A stretch of 64,000 nucleotides of DNA from Marinicella sp. (GCA_965230295.1 OZ246001.1:3680001-3744000), one strand, 5' to 3'. Shown: positions 42,505-52,662, numbered from the stretch's first letter. Translations and numbers: made by a program. Notes: generated from the letters alone by a model not told the origin.

Positions 42505-44172
42505 ATGAACATAAAACGTATAAAACTGGTCGTATTGGTGGCTTTTGCTTATCAATCAGCCATTGCACAATTTGACTCAACCATAAATCTATCAAGTCTG
42601 GATGGGACCAATGGCTTTACGCTAAACGGAGGCACAGTGAATGAACACAGTGGCCGAACAGTCAGCACAGCTGGTGATGTCAATGGTGATGGGATAGATG
42701 ATTTGGTTATTGGAGCTATTGACGCTGACACAAATGGTAACAGTTCAGGTGAGAGCTATGTGGTGTTTGGCACTACCGATGGATTCCTCGATACCATAGA
42801 CCTTGCTGACATTGGGGCCAGTGGTTTAACCCTAAGCGGTGTGGCAGCGAATGATCTCAGTGGTTTCTCTGTTAGCACAGCTGGTGATGTTAATGGTGAT
42901 GGGATAGATGATTTGGTTATTGGCGCTCCTGACGCAGACCCAAATGGTGACGACTCAGGTAGCAGTTACGTAGTGTTTGGAAATAGCACTGTCAATGGTT
43001 TTCCCTCTACCATAAATCTATCTGACCTTGATGGGACCAATGGTTTTACCCTAAACGGTGTGGCAGCGAATGATCTCAGTGGTTTCTCTGTTAGCGCAGC
43101 TGGTGATGTCAATGGTGATGGTGTTGATGACTTGATTATTGGCGCTCCTGACGCAGACCCAAATGGTGACGACTCAGGTAGCAGTTACGTAGTGTTTGGA
43201 AATAGCACTGTCAATGGTTTTCCCACGACCATAAATCTTTCTGATCTTGATGGGATTAATGGCTTTACCCTAAACGGTATAGCAGCTAGTGATAGAAGTG
43301 GTTTCTCCGTCAGTGCAGCTGGTGATGTTAATGGTGATGGGATAGATGATTTGATTATTGGTGCTCCTATAGATGATTTGATTATTGACGCTCCTGACGC
43401 AGACACAAATGGTGACGAATCAGGTAGCAGCTATGTGGTGTTTGGAAATAGCACTGTCAATGGTTTTCCCACTACCATAAATCTTTCTGATCTTGATGGG
43501 ACCAATGGTTTTACCCTAAGCGGTGTGGCAGCGAATGATCTCAGTGGTTTCTCTGTTAGCACAGCTGGTGATGTCAATGGTGATGGTGTTGATGACTTGA
43601 TTATTGGCGCTCCTGACGCAGACCCAAATGGTGACGACTCAGGTAGCAGTTATGTTGTGTTTGGAAATAGCACTGTCAATGGTTTTCCCACGACCATAAA
43701 TCTTTCTGATCTTGATGGGATTAATGGCTTTACCCTAAACGGTATAGCAGCTAGTGATAGAAGTGGTTTCTCCGTCAGTGCAGCTGGTGATGTTAATGGT
43801 GATGGGATAGATGATTTGATTATTGGCGCTACTGAAACAGACGCAAATGGTACCAATGCTGGTAGCGGCTATGTGGTGTTTGGAGATAGTACTGTCAATG
43901 GCTTTCCCACTACCATAGATCTATCTGGCCTTGATGGGACCAATGGTTTTACCCTCAACGGTGTAGCAGCGAGTGATGGTACTGGCTTCTCAGTCAGCGC
44001 AGCTGGTGATGTCAATGGTGATGGTGTTGATGACTTGATTATTGGTGCTCCTGACGCAGACCCAAATATTAACCCCAATGCTGGTAGCAGCTATGTGGTG
44101 TTTGGTGATGATGGTATATTTGCTGATGACTTTGATAATGACCCTCTTTTAGCAAGGAGTAAAAACCAATAA
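42505..44172 (+). CDS. Secreted FG-GAP/integrin-alpha beta-propeller repeat protein
   Basis: Seven AGDVNGDGxDDLxIGA...YVVFG repeats; near-terminal IFADDFD. Confidence 0.93.
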   Translation: MNIKRIKLVVLVAFAYQSAIAQFDSTINLSSLDGTNGFTLNGGTVNEHSGRTVSTAGDVNGDGIDDLVIGAIDADTNGNSSGESYVVFGTTDGFLDTIDLADIGASGLTLSGVAANDLSGFSVSTAGDVNGDGIDDLVIGAPDADPNGDDSGSSYVVFGNSTVNGFPSTINLSDLDGTNGFTLNGVAANDLSGFSVSAAGDVNGDGVDDLIIGAPDADPNGDDSGSSYVVFGNSTVNGFPTTINLSDLDGINGFTLNGIAASDRSGFSVSAAGDVNGDGIDDLIIGAPIDDLIIDAPDADTNGDESGSSYVVFGNSTVNGFPTTINLSDLDGTNGFTLSGVAANDLSGFSVSTAGDVNGDGVDDLIIGAPDADPNGDDSGSSYVVFGNSTVNGFPTTINLSDLDGINGFTLNGIAASDRSGFSVSAAGDVNGDGIDDLIIGATETDANGTNAGSGYVVFGDSTVNGFPTTIDLSGLDGTNGFTLNGVAASDGTGFSVSAAGDVNGDGVDDLIIGAPDADPNINPNAGSSYVVFGDDGIFADDFDNDPLLARSKNQ

Positions 44173-44175
44173 CAA

Positions 44176-44222
44176 GGGGTAATGCCAAATGTCCGTTTTT
44201 ACACCTATGTGGCCATTACCCC
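44176..44222 (-). mobile_element. 47-bp double-ended Tn3-type repeat
   Basis: GGGGTAATGCCAAATGTCCGTTTTTACACCTATGTGGCCATTACCCC; 44/47 identical direct repeat of 42401-42447. Confidence 0.8.
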
Positions 44223-44488
44223 AAATTGGGAGTTTCGCATAAATAAATTTTGATGGCCCTGCATCTGGGTATGAAAAATGGAAAGAAATACAAAAAGACA
44301 ACTTAGTCTATGCAGTCGGCCAAGATCATGGCAACTGGGCTAAACTGATAATAAGTAATTACATAGCTTTCAATATCACATGGTTGTAGCCTTGTCTGTT
44401 AATTATAAAATAACTAATATTTGTGAACCATTGATTATGGAATGGGATATGGAGCACTTTATCAATATTTTGTGCTATTATTTACTGC

Positions 44489-44516
44489 TGTTCCACAAAC
44501 GACCGTTTGAGTGACA
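44489..44516. promoter_or_regulatory. Putative res subsite of the serine resolvase
   Basis: TGT...AAACG-AC-CGTTT...ACA dyad immediately upstream of the ATG. Confidence 0.55.
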
Positions 44517-44518
44517 CT

Positions 44519-45133
44519 ATGAAAATTGGTTATGCAAGAGTTTCAAAAGCAGATGGTTCTCAGCAACTTGATCTTCAAATTGATGCACTGATAGAAGATG
44601 GGGTTAATAAGAAGCAAATTTACTCAGATAAAGCTTCAGGGAAACTTGATGAAAGACCTGGTCTTGAATCTTGTATTAAAGCATTAAGGAACGGTGATAC
44701 TTTGGTTGTATGGAAACTAGATCGACTCGGAAGAGATTTAAAACATTTGGTGACGACTGTTCATTCACTATCAGAGCAGGGCATCGGATTTAAAGTTTTA
44801 ACAGGGCAGGGGGTAAATATTGACACAAGCACGCCTTCAGGAAAACTTGTCTTTGGAATTTTCGCATCGCTAGCTGAATTTGAAAGGGAGCTAATAAGGG
44901 AAAGAACTATGGTTGGACTTAAAGCAGCAAGAGCTCGTGGCAAAAAAGGTGGAAGAAAATTCCAACTCTCAGTACATCAAGTTAAGTTAGCCCAATCTGC
45001 AATGAAGGACAAATCTACAAATGTTTCAGAGTTATGTAAAGAACTCAAGGTTTCAAGACAAACTTTATATAGGTATATAAATCCAAATGGTAGATTGAGA
45101 GAGTATGGAAAAAAAGTACTCAAAGTAAAATAG
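44519..45133 (+). CDS. Serine resolvase (TniR/Tn5053-like)
   Basis: IGYARVSKADGSQ, VWKLDRLGR, LAEFERELIRERT, GKKGGR, C-terminal HTH. Confidence 0.93.
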   Translation: MKIGYARVSKADGSQQLDLQIDALIEDGVNKKQIYSDKASGKLDERPGLESCIKALRNGDTLVVWKLDRLGRDLKHLVTTVHSLSEQGIGFKVLTGQGVNIDTSTPSGKLVFGIFASLAEFERELIRERTMVGLKAARARGKKGGRKFQLSVHQVKLAQSAMKDKSTNVSELCKELKVSRQTLYRYINPNGRLREYGKKVLKVK

Positions 45134-45181
45134 TTAATTGATTGCTATTATTTCTAATAGTTTTTTTTAAGATTTATATGC

Positions 45182-46147
45182 ATGGAATACGACGTTAAGA
45201 TCAGCAATATTTTTTTCTCTGGATATTACGGCCAAATCAAGGCACTTAAAGTAAATACGAGTAAGGTTATGTATTTACCTGATGCAAACCTCGTTCTTAA
45301 TCTATTGAGATACTCAAACAACTCAATTAATAAATTACCAAAAACATACAGGGAGTTTTTAAGAGTTTCTAGAAATAGAGTTTTTGTAAACTGGAAGAAC
45401 CGCAAAAGCTTTATTCCAGTTAACCCATGTTTAGCTGTTATGGAGTTAACCAAACAAAGTAAAAGTAAAAACTATTCAGAATATGTTCAGTTATTTAATG
45501 AATTTTTTAAAAATGTATACCAAATTAGCAATTACAGTCATGATTGGGTATTTTCAACATATGAAAGCGTTTATAACATAATCAATAGCTCTTTAATTTC
45601 TTTAAAAAAAACGATCATATTAATTTATTCATCAATCTCCAATAATGAAAAACCAACTGATGATGAAATAATAGACGGTTGCAAGATATTGATTAATTCA
45701 ATTTTATTAAGTAAACATGAACTATCAGTAATTGGTGGCCCACTTCTTTATGTAGGCATCTTTGCAATAGCAGGAAGTCCAGATGCCCGACAAATTTTAA
45801 AATTTAATGCTTTGAAAAAAAAAGAAAGTTCACTAGTTGCCGAGAATGTAGCCTGGGACTTCCTTTACTTAATGCAAGTCGATATCAGTTATTATTCAAA
45901 CAATTATGCTAATACTATTTTGTGTACAAGTGACAAAAACCTAAATAGACTAATCAGTTCTAGAAAACATGAAGGGCCTAGATATTCTTACTCTGAAATA
46001 ATGACAGGAAAAAATTTAATTGCTACAGGAGATTTAATTCCATTTAAGTTGAACAGACTCAGAAATACAAAACTAGAAATTACACTAATGGAATTGATTA
46101 AAGAATTTCATGAAAACATTAATAGTAGTATAAATAGCAATCTATAG
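45182..46147 (+). CDS. Hypothetical protein, possibly PIN-like
   Basis: LPDAN near the N-terminus, then E, WD and CTSD acidic motifs in PIN-like order; AT-rich. Confidence 0.55.
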   Translation: MEYDVKISNIFFSGYYGQIKALKVNTSKVMYLPDANLVLNLLRYSNNSINKLPKTYREFLRVSRNRVFVNWKNRKSFIPVNPCLAVMELTKQSKSKNYSEYVQLFNEFFKNVYQISNYSHDWVFSTYESVYNIINSSLISLKKTIILIYSSISNNEKPTDDEIIDGCKILINSILLSKHELSVIGGPLLYVGIFAIAGSPDARQILKFNALKKKESSLVAENVAWDFLYLMQVDISYYSNNYANTILCTSDKNLNRLISSRKHEGPRYSYSEIMTGKNLIATGDLIPFKLNRLRNTKLEITLMELIKEFHENINSSINSNL

Positions 46148-46204
46148 AAATTATAACTATCATAAAGAGTATTGAATTTTGCATTTTGTTAAAACAGTTT
46201 AATT

Positions 46205-46963
46205 ATGCTTGATAGATTTTTAAAGGGTGAATTAAGTTATAAACTCTCAAACATAAATAAGATTTTATTAACCAGAATTGAGTCAGAAGATTATGATTAC
46301 TTACTTTCTGTTAATGAGTCAGATTACATTGAGCACTTAGTTTCTGAATACGCAATAGAGCCAATAGATATTCATTTTGACGACATTTATCTATCAACAT
46401 CAGAAGATATGATACCAGCAGAAATGTTTGGTCCTGAATTTAATGTTAGAGCTGGAAAATCATACAAAAAACAAGTCATAAGTTTTCATTTACCCATAAG
46501 TGGAAATACTAGCCTAATACGTAGCCTCTTAGAAAGCACATCTCTAAAACTTGATAGAATTGACATTGAAGATCAAGAAATAGTAATAAATATAATCAAT
46601 TTCAAAAATATTACAGACGAGATTAATTCAACAAAAAATTTGGTAATCTCTAAAATTCAAGAAAGATTGACCATTTTTATAGAACAAATTGAGTCCTTTA
46701 ATGCATCTTTATTCTCGAAAATTGAAAAAACTTTATTCGAACGTAAAAACAATATCCTTCAAATGACAGGAATTCTAAAGTCATTAAATGTACCAATTAA
46801 AAAATCTCCAAATACTCCAAAAACTTTTTCAATATCACCAAAAAGAAAAAAAGTAAAAATAAGGAAACCCAAAGTTAAAAGCGATCAATATCAGCCAGAA
46901 CCAACAATTGACAAAGCTATCTACTTTGAGATGTTAAAGATTTCTTGTTTATCGAATTGTTAA
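46205..46963 (+). CDS. Hypothetical protein, probably 3'-truncated
   Basis: Coiled-coil region, basic linker, then PEPTID...YFEMLKI followed by an abrupt stop. Confidence 0.55.
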   Translation: MLDRFLKGELSYKLSNINKILLTRIESEDYDYLLSVNESDYIEHLVSEYAIEPIDIHFDDIYLSTSEDMIPAEMFGPEFNVRAGKSYKKQVISFHLPISGNTSLIRSLLESTSLKLDRIDIEDQEIVINIINFKNITDEINSTKNLVISKIQERLTIFIEQIESFNASLFSKIEKTLFERKNNILQMTGILKSLNVPIKKSPNTPKTFSISPKRKKVKIRKPKVKSDQYQPEPTIDKAIYFEMLKISCLSNC

Positions 46964-47260
46964 AGAGTTTGTTTATTTTTCTGAAGTGAAAGTAAATGTT
47001 TTTCAAGGATTTGACTGGGATGTGTTCGCCTTAGAGTTAACCTCAATTCCAATATTAGAATTAAGAAAATGTCACTTTTATATAAATACATTAACTAAAA
47101 AACTGAAAGTTATTCAAAATAATGAACAACTAAAAATCATAGACAGAGGAGAACACATAAAATCTTTGGATAGAATAACATGTGAGCATATTGATTCATT
47201 AATGTGTTTTGGCACTACTTAGTTAATAACTGGCATCTAGTAGTATTGTATTTTGAAGAA

Positions 47261-47563
47261 ATGAATATCAGGCAATTTAAACCTATTCACCCAGGAGAAT
47301 TCATAAAAAGGATTTATCTTAAACCTTATAATCTGGGCATAAATCAAGTAGCAAAAAAATTATGTGTAAATCCATCAACTTTCAGTCGTTTAGTAAAAAA
47401 ACAATCCAAAGTAGTTCCTTCCATGGCACTAAGACTAGCAATTGTATTTGGTTGATCTCCTGAAAGCTGGCTGTTGATGCAAGCGAATTATGATTTAAAT
47501 TGTGAAATTAAAAAGATTGATCTAAGTAAATTTAATCCCATCAACTTTAATAAGCTTACATAA
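47261..47563 (+). pseudogene. higA: HigA/VapI-type antitoxin with internal TGA
   Basis: PIHPGEFI...MALRLAIVFG*SPESWLLMQANYDL; homology continues in frame past the TGA at 47453. Confidence 0.88.
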
Positions 47564-47726
47564 ACTTAAAGACAGTGTTCAAAAGTCAATTTAGATTCAT
47601 TTAGAAATAATATGTTTCTTGGTAGTCGATCTGACCGTAAACTGTTGGTGAGGTAGTCGTAGAGGGTAAGTAGAGCCAGGTTTTATTTGTTCTCAATTGT
47701 TTATATTCGTTGTAAAATATACAAAT

Positions 47727-48467
47727 ATGTCAATTATATTACCTATGATACTAGATAAAACTAACCCGGCAATTAGAATCAAAAACTTGCTTTCAGCCGC
47801 TAATAAAATTACTAGTGACATTAAGTACCATGAAGTTTGGTGCCAGGTTTTTGAGTTAGGAAAAGATGATATTGAAGGATTAACTAAATGCTTTGGGATG
47901 TACTGGACAGAGTGTAAAGCATTGAGGAATGCTCTCAAGGACCAAGGGAAAGATGTAGATGATGATATTTACTATATTATTCATACCCAAATTGATGAAG
48001 TTGTTGATTATAGTGCTTTGTACCAACCATGGAGATCACACAAACAGAAGTTAATTCCTCCAGAAATGATAGCCGCATTGTCTATGTGTGGCACCTTTTT
48101 GGAAGATGATAACAAACATCTTAATCAAAAAGAGTATGATGAAATTGTAAAAACCATTCAAAAGTTGCAAAAGCAAATTGATGAAGGAAGTTTGTCAGAT
48201 ACTCTAAAAGTTTATTTGATGGGCCTTATTGAAAAATTTCATCATTCAGTAATTTCATACACCATTAATGGGTCAATAGTTTACAAAGACTTTTTGAAAG
48301 AGTTTGTTGGTGACATGTATGTCAATATGGGAACAATTAACGGTGCAAGCCCAGAGATTAGAAAGAGCCTAATGGAGCTGTTGAAAAAAATGTCAGAAAT
48401 AAACGGATATCATGACTTGGCTTTAAAGGTTGCAAGTGTTTTTGGGTTACCCAATCTAAAATCATAG
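47727..48467 (+). CDS. Hypothetical all-helical protein
   Basis: Long ORF; no family recognised. Confidence 0.65.
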   Translation: MSIILPMILDKTNPAIRIKNLLSAANKITSDIKYHEVWCQVFELGKDDIEGLTKCFGMYWTECKALRNALKDQGKDVDDDIYYIIHTQIDEVVDYSALYQPWRSHKQKLIPPEMIAALSMCGTFLEDDNKHLNQKEYDEIVKTIQKLQKQIDEGSLSDTLKVYLMGLIEKFHHSVISYTINGSIVYKDFLKEFVGDMYVNMGTINGASPEIRKSLMELLKKMSEINGYHDLALKVASVFGLPNLKS

Positions 48468-48474
48468 GTGTTCT

Positions 48475-49038
48475 ATGGAATATGAAAAAGAATTTAGAGA
48501 TGCCATAAAAAGAACTGTCGAATGGGGAATTGGAAATCCAAAATTTAATCAAACCAAAAAAGGATATATTAATAATAAATTTTTATCTAGTTTTCAGGAG
48601 AATGTAAAAGATAGTTTTGGTGTGTTGGGTTCAAAAGATCTGGCATTAAGATGTTTTGAATTTAATCTACAAATAAAACCACTAGTAGAAGACATGCTCG
48701 GAACAGAGGTTTTTTATACTCTTGGCTTCATAGACACTCCAAAAATTTCTTTTTTTAAATCTGATTTAAAACGATTAAAAAGCCACTTAAGTATTGGGAA
48801 TCATGTAAGTCAGCCAGTTCATTTACATTCTTGGTTAACATTGCCGTCACATGAAATAATTGATTCTACTTTTTTTACTTCATATGCAATCAAATACGAT
48901 ACCCCTGAAACAAAGTATAGTGTAGTTGCCAACCATCCTTCACAGCTTCAAGGAGGCATGGTTTATCGTCCTCAATTAGTTGGAGAGGCTTATTTGTTAA
49001 AGTCAGGAATATTGTCTCTTAAATACAACATTGATTAA
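48475..49038 (+). CDS. Hypothetical protein with possible Cys-His-Asp (transglutaminase/papain-like) triad
   Basis: LRC...HLHSWLTL...IIDST pattern. Confidence 0.55.
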   Translation: MEYEKEFRDAIKRTVEWGIGNPKFNQTKKGYINNKFLSSFQENVKDSFGVLGSKDLALRCFEFNLQIKPLVEDMLGTEVFYTLGFIDTPKISFFKSDLKRLKSHLSIGNHVSQPVHLHSWLTLPSHEIIDSTFFTSYAIKYDTPETKYSVVANHPSQLQGGMVYRPQLVGEAYLLKSGILSLKYNID

Positions 49039-49123
49039 TTGAATATGAGGGTCAACTATGAAAAGGACAATGAATGTAATAAATAGAGCTTTTGATACTT
49101 TAATATTCACTGGTGATCAATCT

Positions 49124-49663
49124 CTATTTGATCGATAATACAATGATTGAGAGAGAAATCAAAATAAAGATCAATTGCACTAAAACTAAGGTGCCAACAA
49201 TTTGAGTACACCTTATGGCGGTTCGAGGGGCAAATAAATTTTCTTTTCGATCAAGATACCTTAAAAACCATCTAAGATAGCCTGCCGATGAATCTGTTAT
49301 TGAATTTTTCAATTTTATAAAGTCTACGTTTTCAGACTGGTGCTGGTATTTGATGAAAATTTCATCGAGGTGTTTTGATTGAGAAACGGTTGCTTGTACA
49401 AAAACAATCATGTATTTCTGAATCACCATCAGTATTATTGAAATAAATAAAAAATAGATTGCTATCTTAATATTCGGAAGGATAAAGTATGATTCGATTA
49501 TTTTAAGGTTTGAGACAATCAAAACTATAGCAGCTGATAAACTTACGCCTACCCAATTGATAAATTTACCTAAAGACTCAACAGTATTCATAGACCCATT
49601 TATCAGAATGTCTTTTAGAATACTGACTTCAATCTCATTAAGTTCATTAATTTTGGTCATCAT
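49124..49663 (-). CDS. Hypothetical membrane protein (about 3 TM)
   Basis: Three hydrophobic segments. Confidence 0.65.
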   Translation of the reverse strand: MMTKINELNEIEVSILKDILINGSMNTVESLGKFINWVGVSLSAAIVLIVSNLKIIESYFILPNIKIAIYFLFISIILMVIQKYMIVFVQATVSQSKHLDEIFIKYQHQSENVDFIKLKNSITDSSAGYLRWFLRYLDRKENLFAPRTAIRCTQIVGTLVLVQLIFILISLSIIVLSIK

Positions 49664-49817
49664 TCTTCCTATTTCTTTTTATGTTCCATTTTTTAGAATT
49701 TTACTTTCAAACTAGCGGCATCCTTAATAAGTGGCTTTTGTTTGATTTGAGGTGAAGTTGGCGAGCCAGACTGATTCTTCAGGTATGGCTACTAACTCAC
49801 TACCCCTAGATTTACTT

Positions 49818-50708
49818 TTAACTTTGCTTAATTTGTCCACGATGCTTTTCTACCAAATCAAAAAATAATCTCGGTTTTAATTCTTCTTCACTAAAGCCTG
49901 TAAAATCAGATGCCTCTTCAAGATTTAGACTTGGGCATGGTTTAAACAATTCATTCCTTTCTGATACACCCTCAACTTCTGGAAAAACTGTAAGGCCCAA
50001 CCCTAATTTCTTTAAGTATTTTAAGTCAATAATTTTTACTACTTCTTTGGGAAAATTTATTTTCCATGATCTACATTCAATTAACATGTGATCTATATAA
50101 TTTATTATTTGTTCAGTAACATAGAACAAATACGCAGCTTTCAACGGGGTTAAAAGATCAACAACATAATTAGGATCAGCAGTCATTACAGGTTGCCTGT
50201 GTGTATCGCTTAACAATATTTGATTTGCCTCAATCATCATTTCATTCCTTTTGGTAAGCATGTTTTTGACTTGACTAAAGTTGCTATAGATTGACATTAT
50301 CCTTGAGATATCAAGGGCTTTGCGATCTGCATTATTTGTATTACCAGTTGTTAGGAATGTGTATTTTCCTATTTCAATTTCAAAATCTTTCTTATCAAAA
50401 TTGATTGGTGGGAAATTCAGAAACCGGTGTACAGGATGGTTTGGAAATTCGCTAGATTTGATAGTATGGTAATAGTTCGTTTTAGAATTTTGCAACTCTT
50501 GAATGATCTGTTCTATATCCAGAATAACTTTATTTGATAAGTATAATTTTTCTTTTTCATGCTCATGTTTCCAATTTAACTGAATTCCTGTTTTTGCAAG
50601 ATGCCAGCCCACATATAATGCTGTTAATAGTCCTACCATCCAACCTACAGCATTAATGGATAAGTCTGACAGTTTTGAAATAGCTATCATTAGTTCGTAT
50701 GGATACAC
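49818..50708 (-). CDS. Hypothetical protein with N-terminal TM
   Basis: One hydrophobic helix followed by a helical soluble domain. Confidence 0.65.
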   Translation of the reverse strand: MYPYELMIAISKLSDLSINAVGWMVGLLTALYVGWHLAKTGIQLNWKHEHEKEKLYLSNKVILDIEQIIQELQNSKTNYYHTIKSSEFPNHPVHRFLNFPPINFDKKDFEIEIGKYTFLTTGNTNNADRKALDISRIMSIYSNFSQVKNMLTKRNEMMIEANQILLSDTHRQPVMTADPNYVVDLLTPLKAAYLFYVTEQIINYIDHMLIECRSWKINFPKEVVKIIDLKYLKKLGLGLTVFPEVEGVSERNELFKPCPSLNLEEASDFTGFSEEELKPRLFFDLVEKHRGQIKQS

Positions 50709-50923
50709 CCGATAGTTCCTTTTTAAATGTACTTATTATAACACTTTGAAGATAAATAGAATCTTCAACAATTTTTTCTTACTCATCAAGCATTAAATCT
50801 GTGAGTTTGCTGGATAATTTTCTCAGCTTGGGCAGGCCTATTAATATTAAGAATTACTAGTTTTCAGGATAAAGGAACAGAGCTTATAAGCAGTGCTTAA
50901 AATTGTTAGACTGTTGTAATGAT

Positions 50924-51844
50924 TTATTCTGTGACATCAGGTCGGTCACTCCAATTACATACTCCACAACTCGTAAAATACTCTCCATCTTCACCAATAG
51001 AAATATCAAAATGAGATCTAATATTTCTGGATTTACATACTGGGCAACTTTTAATATCGTTAACTTGGTTTCGCTCAAACATCTGAATAAAATGGCCAAT
51101 TACAATCTGACATGAATGAATTGCTATTGATGAGGCAGTATTATCAGCATTTTTAGCATGAGTTAGCCAGTTAACAAGCTGCCAAGTTTCTTTGGCAATA
51201 TTTTTAAGATGTTGTCTAAGACTCTTGTTACTACTTCCACCACAAAGCAAATCCATAAGCAGTACTGACCACAAAATAAAATTCGAATCTTGGGGCGTAT
51301 CAATATCTTTTGGGATATTAATACGCCGTCTCAAGGAACTTATTAAAGCAATAAGCGCTTCTCTCAGAAGCATTCCTACTGCTTGATAGTCTTCAGCTTC
51401 AATTGCATTTGCATGCCTTTTTTCAGCTTGTTCTTCTCTACGCAGAACTTCGTCAAAGGGGCTTGGGTCATCAACATCAACTTCATTTGATCGGTCCCTA
51501 ATTCTCATCATTAAGCCAATATGAAATGAGAGCGTGTAATCAAGACTAGGGAAGTATTTTTGAGAATAGAGATTAGTCAGATTCGTTATCACCCACCAAC
51601 GATCTTTATCGGTAGTTACATCCCAAGTTTCATACACGTAGCCAAGCACAACATCCTTTTTTACTCGTTCTACATGCTGAATACTTTCATCCGACACTTG
51701 GCTTTTCACATAAGAAGCAATGTCAGATTCAGAATATGGATCTCGCTCAACGCTATATCGTGATAATTGTTCTGGAGGCACTGGGTGATCATGGATGACG
51801 CAATCCTCGGTGTTATCAGTATTTTTGCCTTTTCTTGATCCCAT
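50924..51844 (-). CDS. Hypothetical protein with helical (HEPN-like?) domain and C-terminal zinc ribbon
   Basis: GMLLREAL...VNWLTH; CPVC...CGVC. Confidence 0.7.
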   Translation of the reverse strand: MGSRKGKNTDNTEDCVIHDHPVPPEQLSRYSVERDPYSESDIASYVKSQVSDESIQHVERVKKDVVLGYVYETWDVTTDKDRWWVITNLTNLYSQKYFPSLDYTLSFHIGLMMRIRDRSNEVDVDDPSPFDEVLRREEQAEKRHANAIEAEDYQAVGMLLREALIALISSLRRRINIPKDIDTPQDSNFILWSVLLMDLLCGGSSNKSLRQHLKNIAKETWQLVNWLTHAKNADNTASSIAIHSCQIVIGHFIQMFERNQVNDIKSCPVCKSRNIRSHFDISIGEDGEYFTSCGVCNWSDRPDVTE

Positions 51845-51892
51845 GGTTACTTCCCAAAATTGTATTTTACTGTGCGATTTTTCATGTGATTG

Positions 51893-52567
51893 TTAGGTGG
51901 CATTGTGGACTTTAGTGATATCGTCGATTGTGCCAATTCGTATTAACTTATCAATAGCAGTTCCTTTCACTGTTTCCTTTTTAAAATTGTAACTGTGATT
52001 TAAGACTATTTGTTGCCTTAGCTTAAATCCATTTCTAGTACCAAAAACGAAACGATATTCTTTTTGATTTGCATACATTTCATCCTTTAAAAATGGGAGA
52101 ACCTTAGTGTCTTTTATATTTTCTAGAGTAGGGGAGTTAGGCTTATAATATATAACTTCACGAGAAAGTAAGCCATTCTTATGAGTAGATAGGCGTTGCA
52201 TAATAACTCTACGAAGTCTTCGAGCAAATTCCTCTGGATTTGTTATTTCAACACATGAGTCACATTTAAATTCATCGAAAAGCTCATTAGATAATTCTAA
52301 TGATGTACAAAACATGTATATTAAATCCGAGTCTGTTGAGTTTAAAATTGATGCATCATACTCAGCTTTAAAGTGTTTAGAGAGGTTATTAATTTTAATC
52401 TTGTTATCAGGGTTATCACGATGATGCGCTTCTAAATAATCTCCTCTTATTTTACCCTCAGCTTGCCTAAAATAAGTAAAGTTCCGAAAAAGTATATGAC
52501 CATTAGAAAGTACACTATCAACATACTTCGAAGGTAAATATTTAAACAGTCTTTCCGGATATTTCAT
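51893..52567 (-). CDS. Hypothetical protein, DUF2971-like motifs
   Basis: LFKY, MFCTS, FLK...YANQKEYRF. Confidence 0.6.
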   Translation of the reverse strand: MKYPERLFKYLPSKYVDSVLSNGHILFRNFTYFRQAEGKIRGDYLEAHHRDNPDNKIKINNLSKHFKAEYDASILNSTDSDLIYMFCTSLELSNELFDEFKCDSCVEITNPEEFARRLRRVIMQRLSTHKNGLLSREVIYYKPNSPTLENIKDTKVLPFLKDEMYANQKEYRFVFGTRNGFKLRQQIVLNHSYNFKKETVKGTAIDKLIRIGTIDDITKVHNAT

Positions 52568-52634
52568 TATAAAGTGTTTTATCACGAACAATATAAATAT
52601 TGTAATTATCAATACAATGGATGCTGAAGTAAAG

Positions 52635-52662
52635 GTTTTACATAATGCGCTTTTTGTAAAAA
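52635..52662. other. dif-like 11-6-11 tyrosine recombinase core site
   Basis: GTTTTACATAA-TGCGCT-TTTTGTAAAAA; arms 9/11 inverted; 53 bp upstream of the recombinase gene. Confidence 0.6.

Noticed and set aside
22106-44227. 5-bp target duplications around Tn3-type repeat pairs
   Set aside because: Flanks AATAA, ATAAA, TTTAT and AAATT give no direct match for any left/right pairing.
44232-44260. pdif-like site starting GTTTCGCATAA
   Set aside because: Only one XerC-like arm; no XerD arm after a 6-bp spacer.
46986-47222. 78-aa ORF as the HigB toxin
   Set aside because: No RelE/HigB-like motifs recognisable.
47453-47455. TGA recoding in higA
   Set aside because: TGA ends several intact genes in this window and Trp is encoded by TGG nearby; a nonsense mutation is simpler.
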